Assembly: GCA_041652475.1 (NCBI GenBank)
Contig: JBAZHG010000004.1
Coordinates: forward strand, 1 to 53,258
Direction of reading: 5' to 3'
Origin: Bacilli bacterium
GTDB lineage: Bacteria; Bacillota_I; Bacilli_A; RFN20; CAG-826
DNA length: 53,258 bases
Under the pieces are notes generated by a model. That model was given only the letters and a program-made list of their open reading frames with translations. It was not told the origin of the DNA and ran no database searches. Of this stretch, positions 45,064 through 53,258 are shown piece by piece (the first letter of the stretch is position 1; each line of letters begins with the position of its first letter). The position numbers were made by a program, and so were the translations under genes.

Positions 45064-46314
45064 TTAGTGATGGTTGGCCAAATAGTAGTTCTTCTTGCCA
45101 CGCCGGACGACCGTGTATTGGCCGAAAAGCCCGTCTTTGGAGTTAATGACCTTGTCAAGGTCGGTGACGATTTCGCCGTTGATGGAAATCGAGCGTCCGG
45201 ATATGAACTCGCGGGCTTCCCGTTTGCTCGAGGCGGCTTTGACGGCCAACAGCAAATCGACGAGGGGTATCTCGTCGGCGACTTCCACCGTCAATGATCC
45301 AAGGGCGTCTTCCAATTGTGATTTCGACAAGCGCCGGATGTCGCCGCTGAAAAGGACTTCCGACATCGTGATCGATTCTTTGGCGGCGTTTTCGCCGTGG
45401 ACGATCCGGACGACTTCTTCGGCCAACCGTTTTTGGCCGAGCCGCAGATGGGGTGAAACCCGATGCTCTTCGGCGATCTTTTCGATCTCCTCGCGCGGTA
45501 GGAAGGTAAATACCTTCAAATACCGGATCGCGTCGTCGTCGCCGGTGTTGATGAAGTATTGATATAGTTTGTAGGGCGAAGTCAGACTCGAATCGAGGAA
45601 CAGGGCTCCTTCTTCGGACTTGCCGAATTTGCGGCCGTCACTCGTGGTTATCAAAGGAGCGGTAAAAACTGCCAAGGGTTCTTGGTCGGTGCTCATCTTG
45701 CGGATCAATTCCAAACCGGCGGTCAGGTTGCCCCATTGGTCGGACCCCCCGATTTGGATTCGGCAGCCGTAGCGGCGGAACAAGGTCCAAAAATCAATCG
45801 ACTGCAAGATCATATAGCTGAACTCGGTGTAGGAGATGCCCGATTCGAGGCGGTTGGCGACGATTTCCTTGCTGAGCATGTAATTGATCGGGAAGAGTTT
45901 CCCGTATTCGCGCAGATAATCGAGCATGGTGAGCTTTGAAAGCCAATCGTAATTGTTGACGAGCAGCCCTTGGCTCGGGTCGCGCAGGTTGATGAACCGT
46001 TCCAGCTGGCCGCGGATGGCATTGGTGTTCTGGCGCAAATCGTAATTATTCAATAGATTGCGCTCCTTGCTCTTGCCACTCGGGTCGCCGATCATGCCAG
46101 TGCCCCCACCGACGACGGCGATGACCCGGTGTCCGGCCTGCTGGAAGCGCATCAAAAGCGAGATCATGACAAAATTGCCAAGATGCATGCTGCTGGCGCT
46201 CGGGTCGAAACCGCAGTAAATCGTCTGTGGCGTCTTCAAGAGTTCCTTGAAGGTATCCATATTGGACACGTCTTTGACTAAACCCCGGAATTCCAAATCT
46301 TCGAATAAACTCAT
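45064..46314 (-). CDS. tyrS: Tyrosine--tRNA ligase
   Basis: 416 aa. It has the HIGH-type motif (SSMHLGN), the KMSKS-type motif (KFGKSE), and a C-terminal S4 domain. Confidence 0.95.
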   Translation of the reverse strand: MSLFEDLEFRGLVKDVSNMDTFKELLKTPQTIYCGFDPSASSMHLGNFVMISLLMRFQQAGHRVIAVVGGGTGMIGDPSGKSKERNLLNNYDLRQNTNAIRGQLERFINLRDPSQGLLVNNYDWLSKLTMLDYLREYGKLFPINYMLSKEIVANRLESGISYTEFSYMILQSIDFWTLFRRYGCRIQIGGSDQWGNLTAGLELIRKMSTDQEPLAVFTAPLITTSDGRKFGKSEEGALFLDSSLTSPYKLYQYFINTGDDDAIRYLKVFTFLPREEIEKIAEEHRVSPHLRLGQKRLAEEVVRIVHGENAAKESITMSEVLFSGDIRRLSKSQLEDALGSLTVEVADEIPLVDLLLAVKAASSKREAREFISGRSISINGEIVTDLDKVINSKDGLFGQYTVVRRGKKNYYLANHH

Positions 46315-46321
46315 ACAGACC

Positions 46322-46551
46322 TCCTAAAAAAATAAAAACGCCCTCTAAGGACGCTTTCACGTGGTACCACCTTAGTTGCCGGACACCCGGCCCCTCATTG
46401 TCGATTTAACGCATCGGACGGTCGGTTTTCGCCGACATGCTCGCAAGGGGTATTTCCCATCGTTACCTTGCACCTGACGTAACTCGCTTTCGATGGTACT
46501 GGCCTTGGTCAATGCACTTAATATTGTACCCAATTACCGTGTGATTATCAA
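46322..46551 (-). promoter_or_regulatory. T-box leader of tyrS (specifier UAC) with promoter and terminator
   Basis: On the minus strand: -35 TTGATA (46551-46546), 17 nt, -10 TACAAT (46528-46523). Specifier ...GAGUUACGUC... (UAC at 46481-46479). T-box AACTAAGGTGGTACCACG (46377-46360). Terminator GCGTCCttagaGGGCGT plus TTTTATTTTTTT. Confidence 0.85.
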
Positions 46552-46553
46552 AT

Positions 46554-47552
46554 CTAGTATTTGGTGCTGTCGCGCTTCACGAAGGTCGACTCGAATTTAT
46601 GGACGTGGGGAACGTCGTTTCCGGACAGGAGGTCGCCCATGATCTGCATGGCCTTGGCTCCAACTTCCTTCATGTCGATGTGCAACGACGAGACGTGGGG
46701 ACGCAGGATGCTGGCGTACTTGGTCCCGACGATCGAGAGAACCTCGACTTCCTCGGGGACCCGAAGCCCGCTGTCGATGGCGGCATTGATGACCGCGGCC
46801 GCCAGGCTATCGCGGTGGGCGAGGAAATAACCCGAGCGCGTCGATTTGAAGATTTCCATGAAATCGGCATAGGTTTGCCGGTAGCTGTCCTCGACGCTGT
46901 AGATGCCATAGCCGCGCATGGCCTCGACGTGAGCGTCGACGAAGGCTTTCTCAATCCGCTGCAGGAGGCGGCCCGAATGGTGCAAGTGCAGGAAATACAT
47001 CTTCTTGTCGCCTTTGGCGAAGTATTCCTTGATGACGTTTTTAATTTCTTTTTCGTAGCCGAAATTGATGCAGGCGACCCGCTCGTCGCTCAGGGCGTTG
47101 TTGATAACGACGAGGGGGATCTTGTAGGAACTGATTTTATTGACTTCTTCGACGTCGAGCTCGTCATCAAAGATGATTGCTCCGTCGACGTGTGAAGTGA
47201 TGACTTTTTCAACCATTTGGAGGGCGTCATCTTTCGAATGGTTGGTAACGAAAAGCGTCAATTGATAGCCTTTGATCTTGGCTTCATCGGTCATGCCGTT
47301 CAGCATGTTGGCGATGTAGACGTAGTTGGCGCTGGGGATTACAATCCCGATATTGGTGGTGCGATTGGTGGCCAAGCCCCGCGCTAAAGCGCTCGGCTTG
47401 TAACCCAATCTTTGAATCGTTTCTTGGACTCGCTGCCGGGTTGCTTCGGTGACATTGTCATTATGGTTGATGACCCGGGAAACCGTGGCTAGGGAAACGC
47501 CGCTGGCTTTAGCGACTTCGTAAATGGTGACCCGATCCTTAATGTTACGCAT
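46554..47552 (-). CDS. LacI-family transcriptional regulator (CcpA-like by position and N-terminal similarity)
   Basis: 332 aa. HTH TIYEVAKASGVSLATVSRVINHNDNVTEATRQRVQETIQRLGYKPSALARGLA, followed by a periplasmic-binding-protein-like core. I cannot confirm the HPr-Ser-P contact residues by eye. Confidence 0.82.
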   Translation of the reverse strand: MRNIKDRVTIYEVAKASGVSLATVSRVINHNDNVTEATRQRVQETIQRLGYKPSALARGLATNRTTNIGIVIPSANYVYIANMLNGMTDEAKIKGYQLTLFVTNHSKDDALQMVEKVITSHVDGAIIFDDELDVEEVNKISSYKIPLVVINNALSDERVACINFGYEKEIKNVIKEYFAKGDKKMYFLHLHHSGRLLQRIEKAFVDAHVEAMRGYGIYSVEDSYRQTYADFMEIFKSTRSGYFLAHRDSLAAAVINAAIDSGLRVPEEVEVLSIVGTKYASILRPHVSSLHIDMKEVGAKAMQIMGDLLSGNDVPHVHKFESTFVKRDSTKY

Positions 47553-47627
47553 AAGAAACCTCCTGCAATGAGTATTTTACATTGTATCAGGAAAATTTAC
47601 ATATGCAATGAAAATAATTGTAAATTA

Positions 47628-48725
47628 TCAATAAATCGGATAGGTGACTTTTTGCAGGCGTTTCGACATCACTTCCCGACGGCCGACCTTGGCTTGGGGT
47701 TTGCCGTCGAGATTGACGAGATCGCCGGTGAAATTGACGACCAGTGGAACCAGATGACCGCCGACCCCGTACATGTCGACCGGGGTCTTGGCTTTTTCGA
47801 ACTCGGCGATTTTCGCGGCCGTGAACCCACTGCTGACAATGATTTTGACTTCGGGATAACCGGCTTCGTTCAAGGCTTGACGCAAACCGAAAACCAATTC
47901 TTTGCAGACGCCGTGAGGGTCGAATCCGCTTGTATCCTTACCATCAAAGTACCGATCGATCAAAGCCATCGAAGTGTCAATGCGGACCGCCGCCAAGTTG
48001 CCTTTCAAATACCGGGCCAGCATCACGCTATCAGAGACGACATCGTTATTATAATCAATCAAGGCCGTGATGGGAGCGTCTGGAAAGGTCTGGTGGTATA
48101 GTTCCGCGGCTAATTTGATGTCTCCGTCGCATATTTGAATCAGGGCGTGGGGCATGGTGCCCATGCCTTGGCCACCCCACCAATGCCCTTGGGCGTCAGT
48201 GCTGACCTTGCGGATTCCGGCAACATAAGAGGCATAGCCGTCCCCGATTTGGGTGTGGTAGTCGTCTTGGCGGTCGGCCATCGAAAAGACCGGCTTTCCG
48301 TTGGCGGCCCGTAGGACCCGCATCGTGTTGGTGGCGGCGCTTGTCCGGCGCGACAAAATCCCGTCGATCATGCTTTCGAGGAACCCGAAATATTCGTACT
48401 TCCCGGTAATCTTCAAGACTGGTTCGCCCCCGGAGATGACATCGCCGTCGTTGAGGGCTTGGATTTCAAGCTTCTCGGGATGCGCGGCAAAGGTGTGGAT
48501 CAAGGCGATGGCCTCGTCGACCCCGCAGACCATGATGTCGTCGGAGCGTTGAAAAAACTGCATCGTGACCACGTGGTTCGGAATCAGCGTTTTCACAATC
48601 CGATGCGTTTTCAGGAAATAGTTCGCGGCATAGAAACCAGTCCCGAGTTTGGGATCGAATTGAAAGGTCCGATTGGTCAATCGCGAGATTTTTCCGGCTT
48701 CTTTTAAGGTGATTTCCAGTTCCAT
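47628..48725 (-). CDS. Nicotinate phosphoribosyltransferase-family (type II PRTase, short archaeal-like form) protein
   Basis: 365 aa. GMGTMPHALIQ, AVRIDTS and VKIIVSSGF fit the NAPRTase/QAPRTase TIM-barrel family. Confidence 0.7.
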   Translation of the reverse strand: MELEITLKEAGKISRLTNRTFQFDPKLGTGFYAANYFLKTHRIVKTLIPNHVVTMQFFQRSDDIMVCGVDEAIALIHTFAAHPEKLEIQALNDGDVISGGEPVLKITGKYEYFGFLESMIDGILSRRTSAATNTMRVLRAANGKPVFSMADRQDDYHTQIGDGYASYVAGIRKVSTDAQGHWWGGQGMGTMPHALIQICDGDIKLAAELYHQTFPDAPITALIDYNNDVVSDSVMLARYLKGNLAAVRIDTSMALIDRYFDGKDTSGFDPHGVCKELVFGLRQALNEAGYPEVKIIVSSGFTAAKIAEFEKAKTPVDMYGVGGHLVPLVVNFTGDLVNLDGKPQAKVGRREVMSKRLQKVTYPIY

Positions 48726-48728
48726 AGG

Positions 48729-49298
48729 TCACTCCCATTGAAAATAGTCATCGCCGGGTTTGAAAGCATCATCCACGAGCAGGGGGACATCATCCAAACC
48801 AGGGTCGAATAGTTTCCGTGAACAAATCATGGCTTCGTCGGCTTGGCCGTGGTAAACCCGGCCATCCGGCAACAAAGTCCCCGTTAGGGTAACGGCGACC
48901 GATTGGCCGACCATAAGGTCCCCGCTCGCGCCCCGAGCGACCTTGACGTCGTGCCCAAGGGTCACCAAAACTTCAGAAGGAGTTTTCTTTTCAACCACCC
49001 GGGCGACGCGAAACCCGCTTTGGTAGGGCGGGAGGAAGACATCGATCCCATCATTAGCCAGCTTGTCGTTGATGATGCCAATCAATACCGGCGGTACGTT
49101 CGTCAAAAGGCCGTGGGCGTGGACTTTGGCCAAGGCCATAAAATTGAAGATGTTGACACCAATCAAGCGCTCGCCTCCGTATATCAAATGAACGTCGCCG
49201 CGAGCGAGTGACCGCGTCGGGAAAGCCTCGGGTTCGAAAATAATCAAAAGGACGTCTCCGAGTGTGAGGGGTTGATAGAAAAGCGAATAGCGGTTCAT
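48729..49298 (-). CDS. YtpR-like protein (DUF4479 plus divergent tRNA-binding OB domain)
   Basis: 189 aa. GDVLLI, GVNIFN, MICS and the C-terminal GDDYF parallel B. subtilis YtpR landmarks (GDTLLI, GFNIFN, GMICSAKEL, GDAFQF). Adjacency to an M42 peptidase (ytoP-like) matches Bacillus synteny. Confidence 0.6.
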   Translation of the reverse strand: MNRYSLFYQPLTLGDVLLIIFEPEAFPTRSLARGDVHLIYGGERLIGVNIFNFMALAKVHAHGLLTNVPPVLIGIINDKLANDGIDVFLPPYQSGFRVARVVEKKTPSEVLVTLGHDVKVARGASGDLMVGQSVAVTLTGTLLPDGRVYHGQADEAMICSRKLFDPGLDDVPLLVDDAFKPGDDYFQWE

Positions 49299-50377
49299 CG
49301 CCGCTCCTGACGGAAGGAATCGATCAATTGGGGGTTCAACCGCCGCAGCATGACCAGCAAGGCCTTTTTGGCCGAAAGATAATCATCGGCATCAAGTATC
49401 GATGAATTGGTATGGATGCTGCGGGCACAGATGCAGTGGGTCAAAGTCAAAACGCCATCGGCGTTGCGATGGATGGCTCCGGCGTCGGTGCCCCCCGGGC
49501 TGTCGAAGTACTGGACCGGAACACCGGCTTCCTTGGCGCAGGCTTCTTGAAATTCCAAAAGGGGTTTATAAGCGATCATTGAACCATCGACGAAACGCAG
49601 CAAAACGCCCTGGCCCAATTGGCCCCATTGGCTTTGGTCGCCCCCGGCGTCACGAGCCGGTGAGCAATCAAGCACGATGGCCAGATCCGGTTGGATCTTG
49701 TAGGCGGCCGTGGTCGCTCCTCGGAGCCCGACTTCTTCTTGGACCGTGCCTCCGACGTAAAGGTCATATGGTAATTGTTCGTTTTTCAATTCGTCGAGGA
49801 CGTCGAGGCCAAGGGCCAAACCATAGCGGTTGTCAAACGCCTTCGCCATCAATCGTTGGCCCCCATTCAAAGAGACGAAGGGTCCGGAAGCCACCATCAT
49901 CGCGCCGACATAAATTCCGGCGTCTTGGGCTTCCTTCAGCGATCGATAGCCAAAGTCGAACCGGAAATCTTTGATTTCGGGAACCTTTGGTTCCGCGCCT
50001 TTGGTGAAATGGGGTGGGGTCGCGTCGATTGTTCCGGTGAGATAAGCCCCGGATTTGGTCTTCAGCAAGACGCGTTGGCTCGTCAATGCCAAAGCATTCA
50101 AACCTCCGACGGCGTGGCCTTTGACGAGGCCGTTATCGCACATGTCGATGACGATGAAGCCGACTTCATCCATATGGCCGGCCACCATGACGCGCACCGG
50201 ATGTTCCATTTTGGATTTCTTGTGGGCGAAGATGCTGCCGAGATTGTCGGTCACGACCGATAATCCCCTTTTTTCATAAGCCTCTTTCAAATAGCGGGCG
50301 ACTTCGTTTTCTTGACCCGAAATCCCGTTTAATTGCGTTAGCGTCTTCAATTGGTCCAATTGTTTTTCGTCCAACAT
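49295..50377 (-). CDS. M42-family metallo-aminopeptidase, copy 2 (YtoP-like)
   Basis: 360 aa. NGISGQENEVA, VAGHMDEVGFIV, KAFDNRYG, QEEVGLRGA and GGTDAG are present. It is a paralogue of the gene at 9696-10784. Confidence 0.85.
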   Translation of the reverse strand: MLDEKQLDQLKTLTQLNGISGQENEVARYLKEAYEKRGLSVVTDNLGSIFAHKKSKMEHPVRVMVAGHMDEVGFIVIDMCDNGLVKGHAVGGLNALALTSQRVLLKTKSGAYLTGTIDATPPHFTKGAEPKVPEIKDFRFDFGYRSLKEAQDAGIYVGAMMVASGPFVSLNGGQRLMAKAFDNRYGLALGLDVLDELKNEQLPYDLYVGGTVQEEVGLRGATTAAYKIQPDLAIVLDCSPARDAGGDQSQWGQLGQGVLLRFVDGSMIAYKPLLEFQEACAKEAGVPVQYFDSPGGTDAGAIHRNADGVLTLTHCICARSIHTNSSILDADDYLSAKKALLVMLRRLNPQLIDSFRQERR

Positions 50378-50382
50378 AAGCT

Positions 50383-51006
50383 TTATTCCTTCCTAATCAC
50401 GAGGCGGTAAATCGGCTGCCCCAAGGCGCGAAACGCCGTTTCATACTCCGTCATGGCGTCGTTTTCTTCGTCCAAAACGTAAGCGTCGGCGCTCGATATA
50501 ATATTATAACCGTGTTTCAATAAATTCTTGGCGCTGTATTCAAAAAAATCCCGATTGTCGGTCTTCAAGGCCAAGAATCCGCCCGGTTTCAAAATGCGGG
50601 CGTATTGATCGAGGCAGTTGTCGCTGGTCAAGCGGCGCTTCTCATGGCGTTTTTTAGGCCAGGGATCGGAAAAATTCAAATAGATGCCGTCGAAACTCCG
50701 CTCCTTGATTTCACCCAGGAAGAAGGTAATGTCGGCGTGAACGAAATGGACGTTAACGAGGGCTTCTTCCAGCAGTTTGCGACCGGCGATGGCAACCGGG
50801 ACCAAGACGCGTTCAACGCCGAAATAGGTATTTTCGGGATGGCGCGAACCCATCGTGATTAGAAATTGGCCTTTGCCGCTTCCGATTTCTAGGTAGACCG
50901 GAGTGGTGACTTCATCCAGTTGCCGGCGAAATGACGCTTCGTCGATGACGAGGTCGGGATGCACTTCAATGAATGGTTTGGCCCAAGGCTTATTCTTTAG
51001 CCGCAT
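50383..51006 (-). CDS. trmB: tRNA (guanine46-N7)-methyltransferase
   Basis: The start is trimmed to MRLKNKPWAKPF (compare B. subtilis MRMRHKPWA). Also present are LEIGSGKGQF (SAM site) and NFSDPWPKKRHEKRRL. The start overlaps the upstream dipeptidase gene by 17 nt. Confidence 0.88.
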   Translation of the reverse strand: MRLKNKPWAKPFIEVHPDLVIDEASFRRQLDEVTTPVYLEIGSGKGQFLITMGSRHPENTYFGVERVLVPVAIAGRKLLEEALVNVHFVHADITFFLGEIKERSFDGIYLNFSDPWPKKRHEKRRLTSDNCLDQYARILKPGGFLALKTDNRDFFEYSAKNLLKHGYNIISSADAYVLDEENDAMTEYETAFRALGQPIYRLVIRKE

Positions 51007-52357
51007 ACAACCGGCCCAATTCATCGATAGCCCGCGCGTAAATGGCGATGCTTTGATGGAAATTCCTGAGGTCGATCTTCTCGTCGAAATCATGAATGTG
51101 GTCGTCTTGTCCCGGGAAGCCCGGTCCGAAGGCGATGATGTTTTCGGCTTCTTTGGCGTAGGTGCCGCCCCCGATGGTCATCATGGCCGTCTTGGTGTCG
51201 CCGCTTTCCTCTTGGTAAGCCCGGAGTAAGGTCTGGACCATGGCCGATTGGGGATCGAAGAGCAGGTGGCGACTCGTCATCGTGACTGTAATTGGCAGTG
51301 GCGTCACCGCTTGGATATGCTTGATGGTATCCTTGACGGAGACCGTTTCCGGGTACCGAAAGTTGACGACCATCGAGAAAAGGTTGTCCTGGTAATTGAT
51401 CAAACCGACGTTATAAGTCGAGTGATGGAGCAATTCCGATTCATAATAGGCGTCCAGATGGCGTCCAAAGGGTTCTTGGTAGTGATAGGCGAGCCGTTTC
51501 AAGACCTCGAGTCCATAATGATCGCCGAGAACCTGCATCATTTGGATTCCGGCGTTGACGCCAAGCTCCGGCATTGAGCCATGGGCGGCCCTGCCGAGAA
51601 TAGTGAGCCTCGTCGTCTTTTCGTCGTGGGTGAGCGAATAATTGTATCCGGTGGCCGCGAGCGCTTTTTCAAGCGTGACATCCCTATCGATAACGGCTTC
51701 GGCCCGATCGGCGACCGAATTGGAGACAACCCCGGCTTTCATGACTCGAATCGGGCTTAGATCGACCCGGCCTTCGATTTTGTAGTTGGTGATGCCTTTT
51801 TCCCCATAGATCAGCGGGAATTCGCCGTCGGGAGTGAATCCGGCCACGGCATGGGGTTTCTTCAAGGCATGGAAATAGTGGTGGAGGCAGGCGCTTCCCC
51901 GTTCTTCGTTCCCGCCGATGACGAGGCGGACCCGATAACCTTTGATGAGGCTGTGGTCCTTCAAAAGGCGCATGGCCAAGTAACTAGCGACGGCCGGACC
52001 TTTGTCGTCGGTGGCCCCGCGGCCATAGATGCGGTCGTCAGTGACCGTGCCGCTGAAGGGCGGATAAGTCCAAGTTCCGCTGACCGGGACCACGTCGGCA
52101 TGGGCATAGACGCCGATGAGCGGGCCTTGCCCGAAACTGATTTCGGTCGCGTAACCGTCATTGTAGGTGACTTCGAAGCCATCGCGTTCGGCGATCCATC
52201 CGATGTAAGCCAGGGCTCGATTGACTTCCAAGCCGAAAGGTTGCCCCTTGGCGATGGTCTTTTCATCGTACACCGACGGGATTTTGATCCAATCGGACAG
52301 GATATTGTTGGCTTCCTTTAGATACTTTTGGCTCAAGGCTGAAAATTTCGAATTCAT
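50990..52357 (-). CDS. M20-family dipeptidase (PepV/Sapep-like)
   Basis: 455 aa. GVYAHADVVP, YGRGATDDKGP, GGNEERGS and the overall length fit PepV-type dipeptidases. Confidence 0.82.
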   Translation of the reverse strand: MNSKFSALSQKYLKEANNILSDWIKIPSVYDEKTIAKGQPFGLEVNRALAYIGWIAERDGFEVTYNDGYATEISFGQGPLIGVYAHADVVPVSGTWTYPPFSGTVTDDRIYGRGATDDKGPAVASYLAMRLLKDHSLIKGYRVRLVIGGNEERGSACLHHYFHALKKPHAVAGFTPDGEFPLIYGEKGITNYKIEGRVDLSPIRVMKAGVVSNSVADRAEAVIDRDVTLEKALAATGYNYSLTHDEKTTRLTILGRAAHGSMPELGVNAGIQMMQVLGDHYGLEVLKRLAYHYQEPFGRHLDAYYESELLHHSTYNVGLINYQDNLFSMVVNFRYPETVSVKDTIKHIQAVTPLPITVTMTSRHLLFDPQSAMVQTLLRAYQEESGDTKTAMMTIGGGTYAKEAENIIAFGPGFPGQDDHIHDFDEKIDLRNFHQSIAIYARAIDELGRLYAAKE

Positions 52358-52358
52358 G

Positions 52359-52997
52359 TTATTGCTCCTTCTTCTTTTTAAAGGCGTCGACGATCAGTTG
52401 GAAACGTGGATACCGGGAAATGGCCAAAGCCAGAATCGGCAAAAGGATTCCGGCCAAGACCGCTTCCGGTAGGCCGTTAGTCAAGATCACGAAACCCATT
52501 AATAACCAATAAGTGGCAAATCCGAGCCCGGCAAAATCAGATGAAGCCTCGATGGCCGGTCCGCTGATGAGCCCTAAGAATAATAACACCAAAACCGAAT
52601 GGACCAGGGTCATAACGACCCCTGATCCAGCGATGACGAGTTTATTGGCGACGTTTTTGGTAATCTTGCGGGCTAAATCGAACATCAAGCCGGCCGCGAG
52701 GCCAAAAACCATTCGGGGCAAAACTGAAATCAGCGGGTTAGCAAAATACACGTCAAGAAAGCTGACTGGGGCGACGATGGCCCGAATGAACGACAACGAT
52801 CCAAACGCGAAACCGTAGATCAATCCGGCTTTCCAACCAAAGAGCAACGCCCCGAATAGAACCGGGATGTGCAGCAAGGTGAAGGATACAAAGGGTGATA
52901 GCGAGATAAACCCGATTTGAGGTACGAAAGTCATCAGCGTCATCAAGCCGATGAACATGGCATGAATCGACATTTGGATGATTTTGGGGTTATTCAT
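52359..52997 (-). CDS. ECF-transporter S component (possibly pantothenate-specific PanT, by context)
   Basis: 212 aa with about 6 TM helices. The N-terminus IHAMFIGLMTLMTFVPQIGFISL...TLLHIPVLFGALLFGWKAGL is typical of an S component. It starts 4 nt after the coaX stop. Confidence 0.6.
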   Translation of the reverse strand: MNNPKIIQMSIHAMFIGLMTLMTFVPQIGFISLSPFVSFTLLHIPVLFGALLFGWKAGLIYGFAFGSLSFIRAIVAPVSFLDVYFANPLISVLPRMVFGLAAGLMFDLARKITKNVANKLVIAGSGVVMTLVHSVLVLLFLGLISGPAIEASSDFAGLGFATYWLLMGFVILTNGLPEAVLAGILLPILALAISRYPRFQLIVDAFKKKKEQ

Positions 52998-53001
52998 TTT
53001 C

Positions 53002-53258
53002 TTAGTCTCGATTTCTTAAATATATTTGATACAATCCGTCCAACAATAGGTTTTCGTCATAGACGAACTGCGGCAGGAGCTTTTGGATGTGCTTGGCGTA
53101 ACCGCCGGTGAGTACCACCTGTTTGTCGGTGCCCAATTCCTTTTGGACTTGTTCCGCTAACCCTCGGACCAAGGCCGCGTGGCCATACAATGTCCCGCCG
53201 TTGATGGCGTCGTTGGTGTTGCGTCCGATGACCTGCTTTGGCAATTCCAAATCGACTT
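53002..53258 (-). CDS. coaX: Type III pantothenate kinase (C-terminal part; N-terminus beyond window)
   Basis: ...IGRNTNDAINGGTLYGHAALVRGLAEQVQKELG...VVLTGGYA is the conserved CoaX C-terminal region (G.NT...i.sG...G). The ORF continues off the window edge. Confidence 0.85.
   Translation of the reverse strand, partial: VDLELPKQVIGRNTNDAINGGTLYGHAALVRGLAEQVQKELGTDKQVVLTGGYAKHIQKLLPQFVYDENLLLDGLYQIYLRNRD

Noticed and set aside
1-53258. Considered genetic code 4 (UGA=Trp), because the dcw cluster looks mollicute-like
   Set aside because: Long, motif-complete ORFs terminate at TGA (e.g. dnaE at 22072-22074, pyk at 31765-31767). Conserved Trp positions are TGG, and no gene needs TGA read-through to be complete.
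1-53258. Scanned for CRISPR arrays, IS elements/transposases, integrases, prophage genes, toxin-antitoxin pairs, tRNA and rRNA genes
   Set aside because: No spaced direct-repeat arrays, no terminal inverted repeats flanking a transposase-like ORF, and no tRNA-like cloverleaf candidates in the few gaps larger than 100 nt. Each of those gaps is accounted for by T-box, L20 or rpsD leaders or divergent promoters.

Overview
This 53.3-kb window is densely packed core chromosome with moderate GC. Many neighbouring genes overlap by 1-33 nt. It uses the standard genetic code: TGA acts as a stop (for example at dnaE and pyk) and Trp is TGG. I can support about 50 protein genes, three T-box leaders (pheS, thrS, tyrS), an L20-type leader upstream of infC, a putative rpsD leader, and several intrinsic terminators. 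I saw no rRNA, tRNA, CRISPR array, transposase, integrase or phage genes, and no recognisable defence island. As far as I recall the Bacillus subtilis map, gene content and order resemble a compacted version of its 'yt/ys' region: ysgA-pheST, nrnA-dnaE, polA-mutM-coaE, speD-dnaB-dnaI, pfkA-pyk, thrS-infC-rpmI-rplT, ezrA-rpsD-tyrS-ccpA-like, ytoP/ytpR, trmB. This suggests a streamlined Bacilli-derived lineage. The division cluster is reduced to mraZ-rsmH, two mini membrane ORFs, ftsA and ftsZ, with no peptidoglycan genes, which fits a wall-less (mollicute-like) organism but does not prove it. The most unusual items are: (1) a 273-aa tandem-duplicated, fused S-adenosylmethionine-decarboxylase-like protein in which only the C-terminal half keeps the Glu-Ser self-cleavage site; (2) a single ORF fusing Fpg/MutM to dephospho-CoA kinase; (3) an ADP-ribosylglycohydrolase-fold ORF with apparently degenerate metal sites; (4) an EzrA homologue that starts exactly where the membrane anchor normally ends; (5) polA broken by a 1-nt frameshift; (6) phased MraZ-box-like repeats that fill the whole mraZ 5' UTR. 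I could not identify a clear, complete, previously undescribed multi-gene system. The fused AdoMetDC-like gene and its unexplained structured upstream region are my best candidate for new biology.
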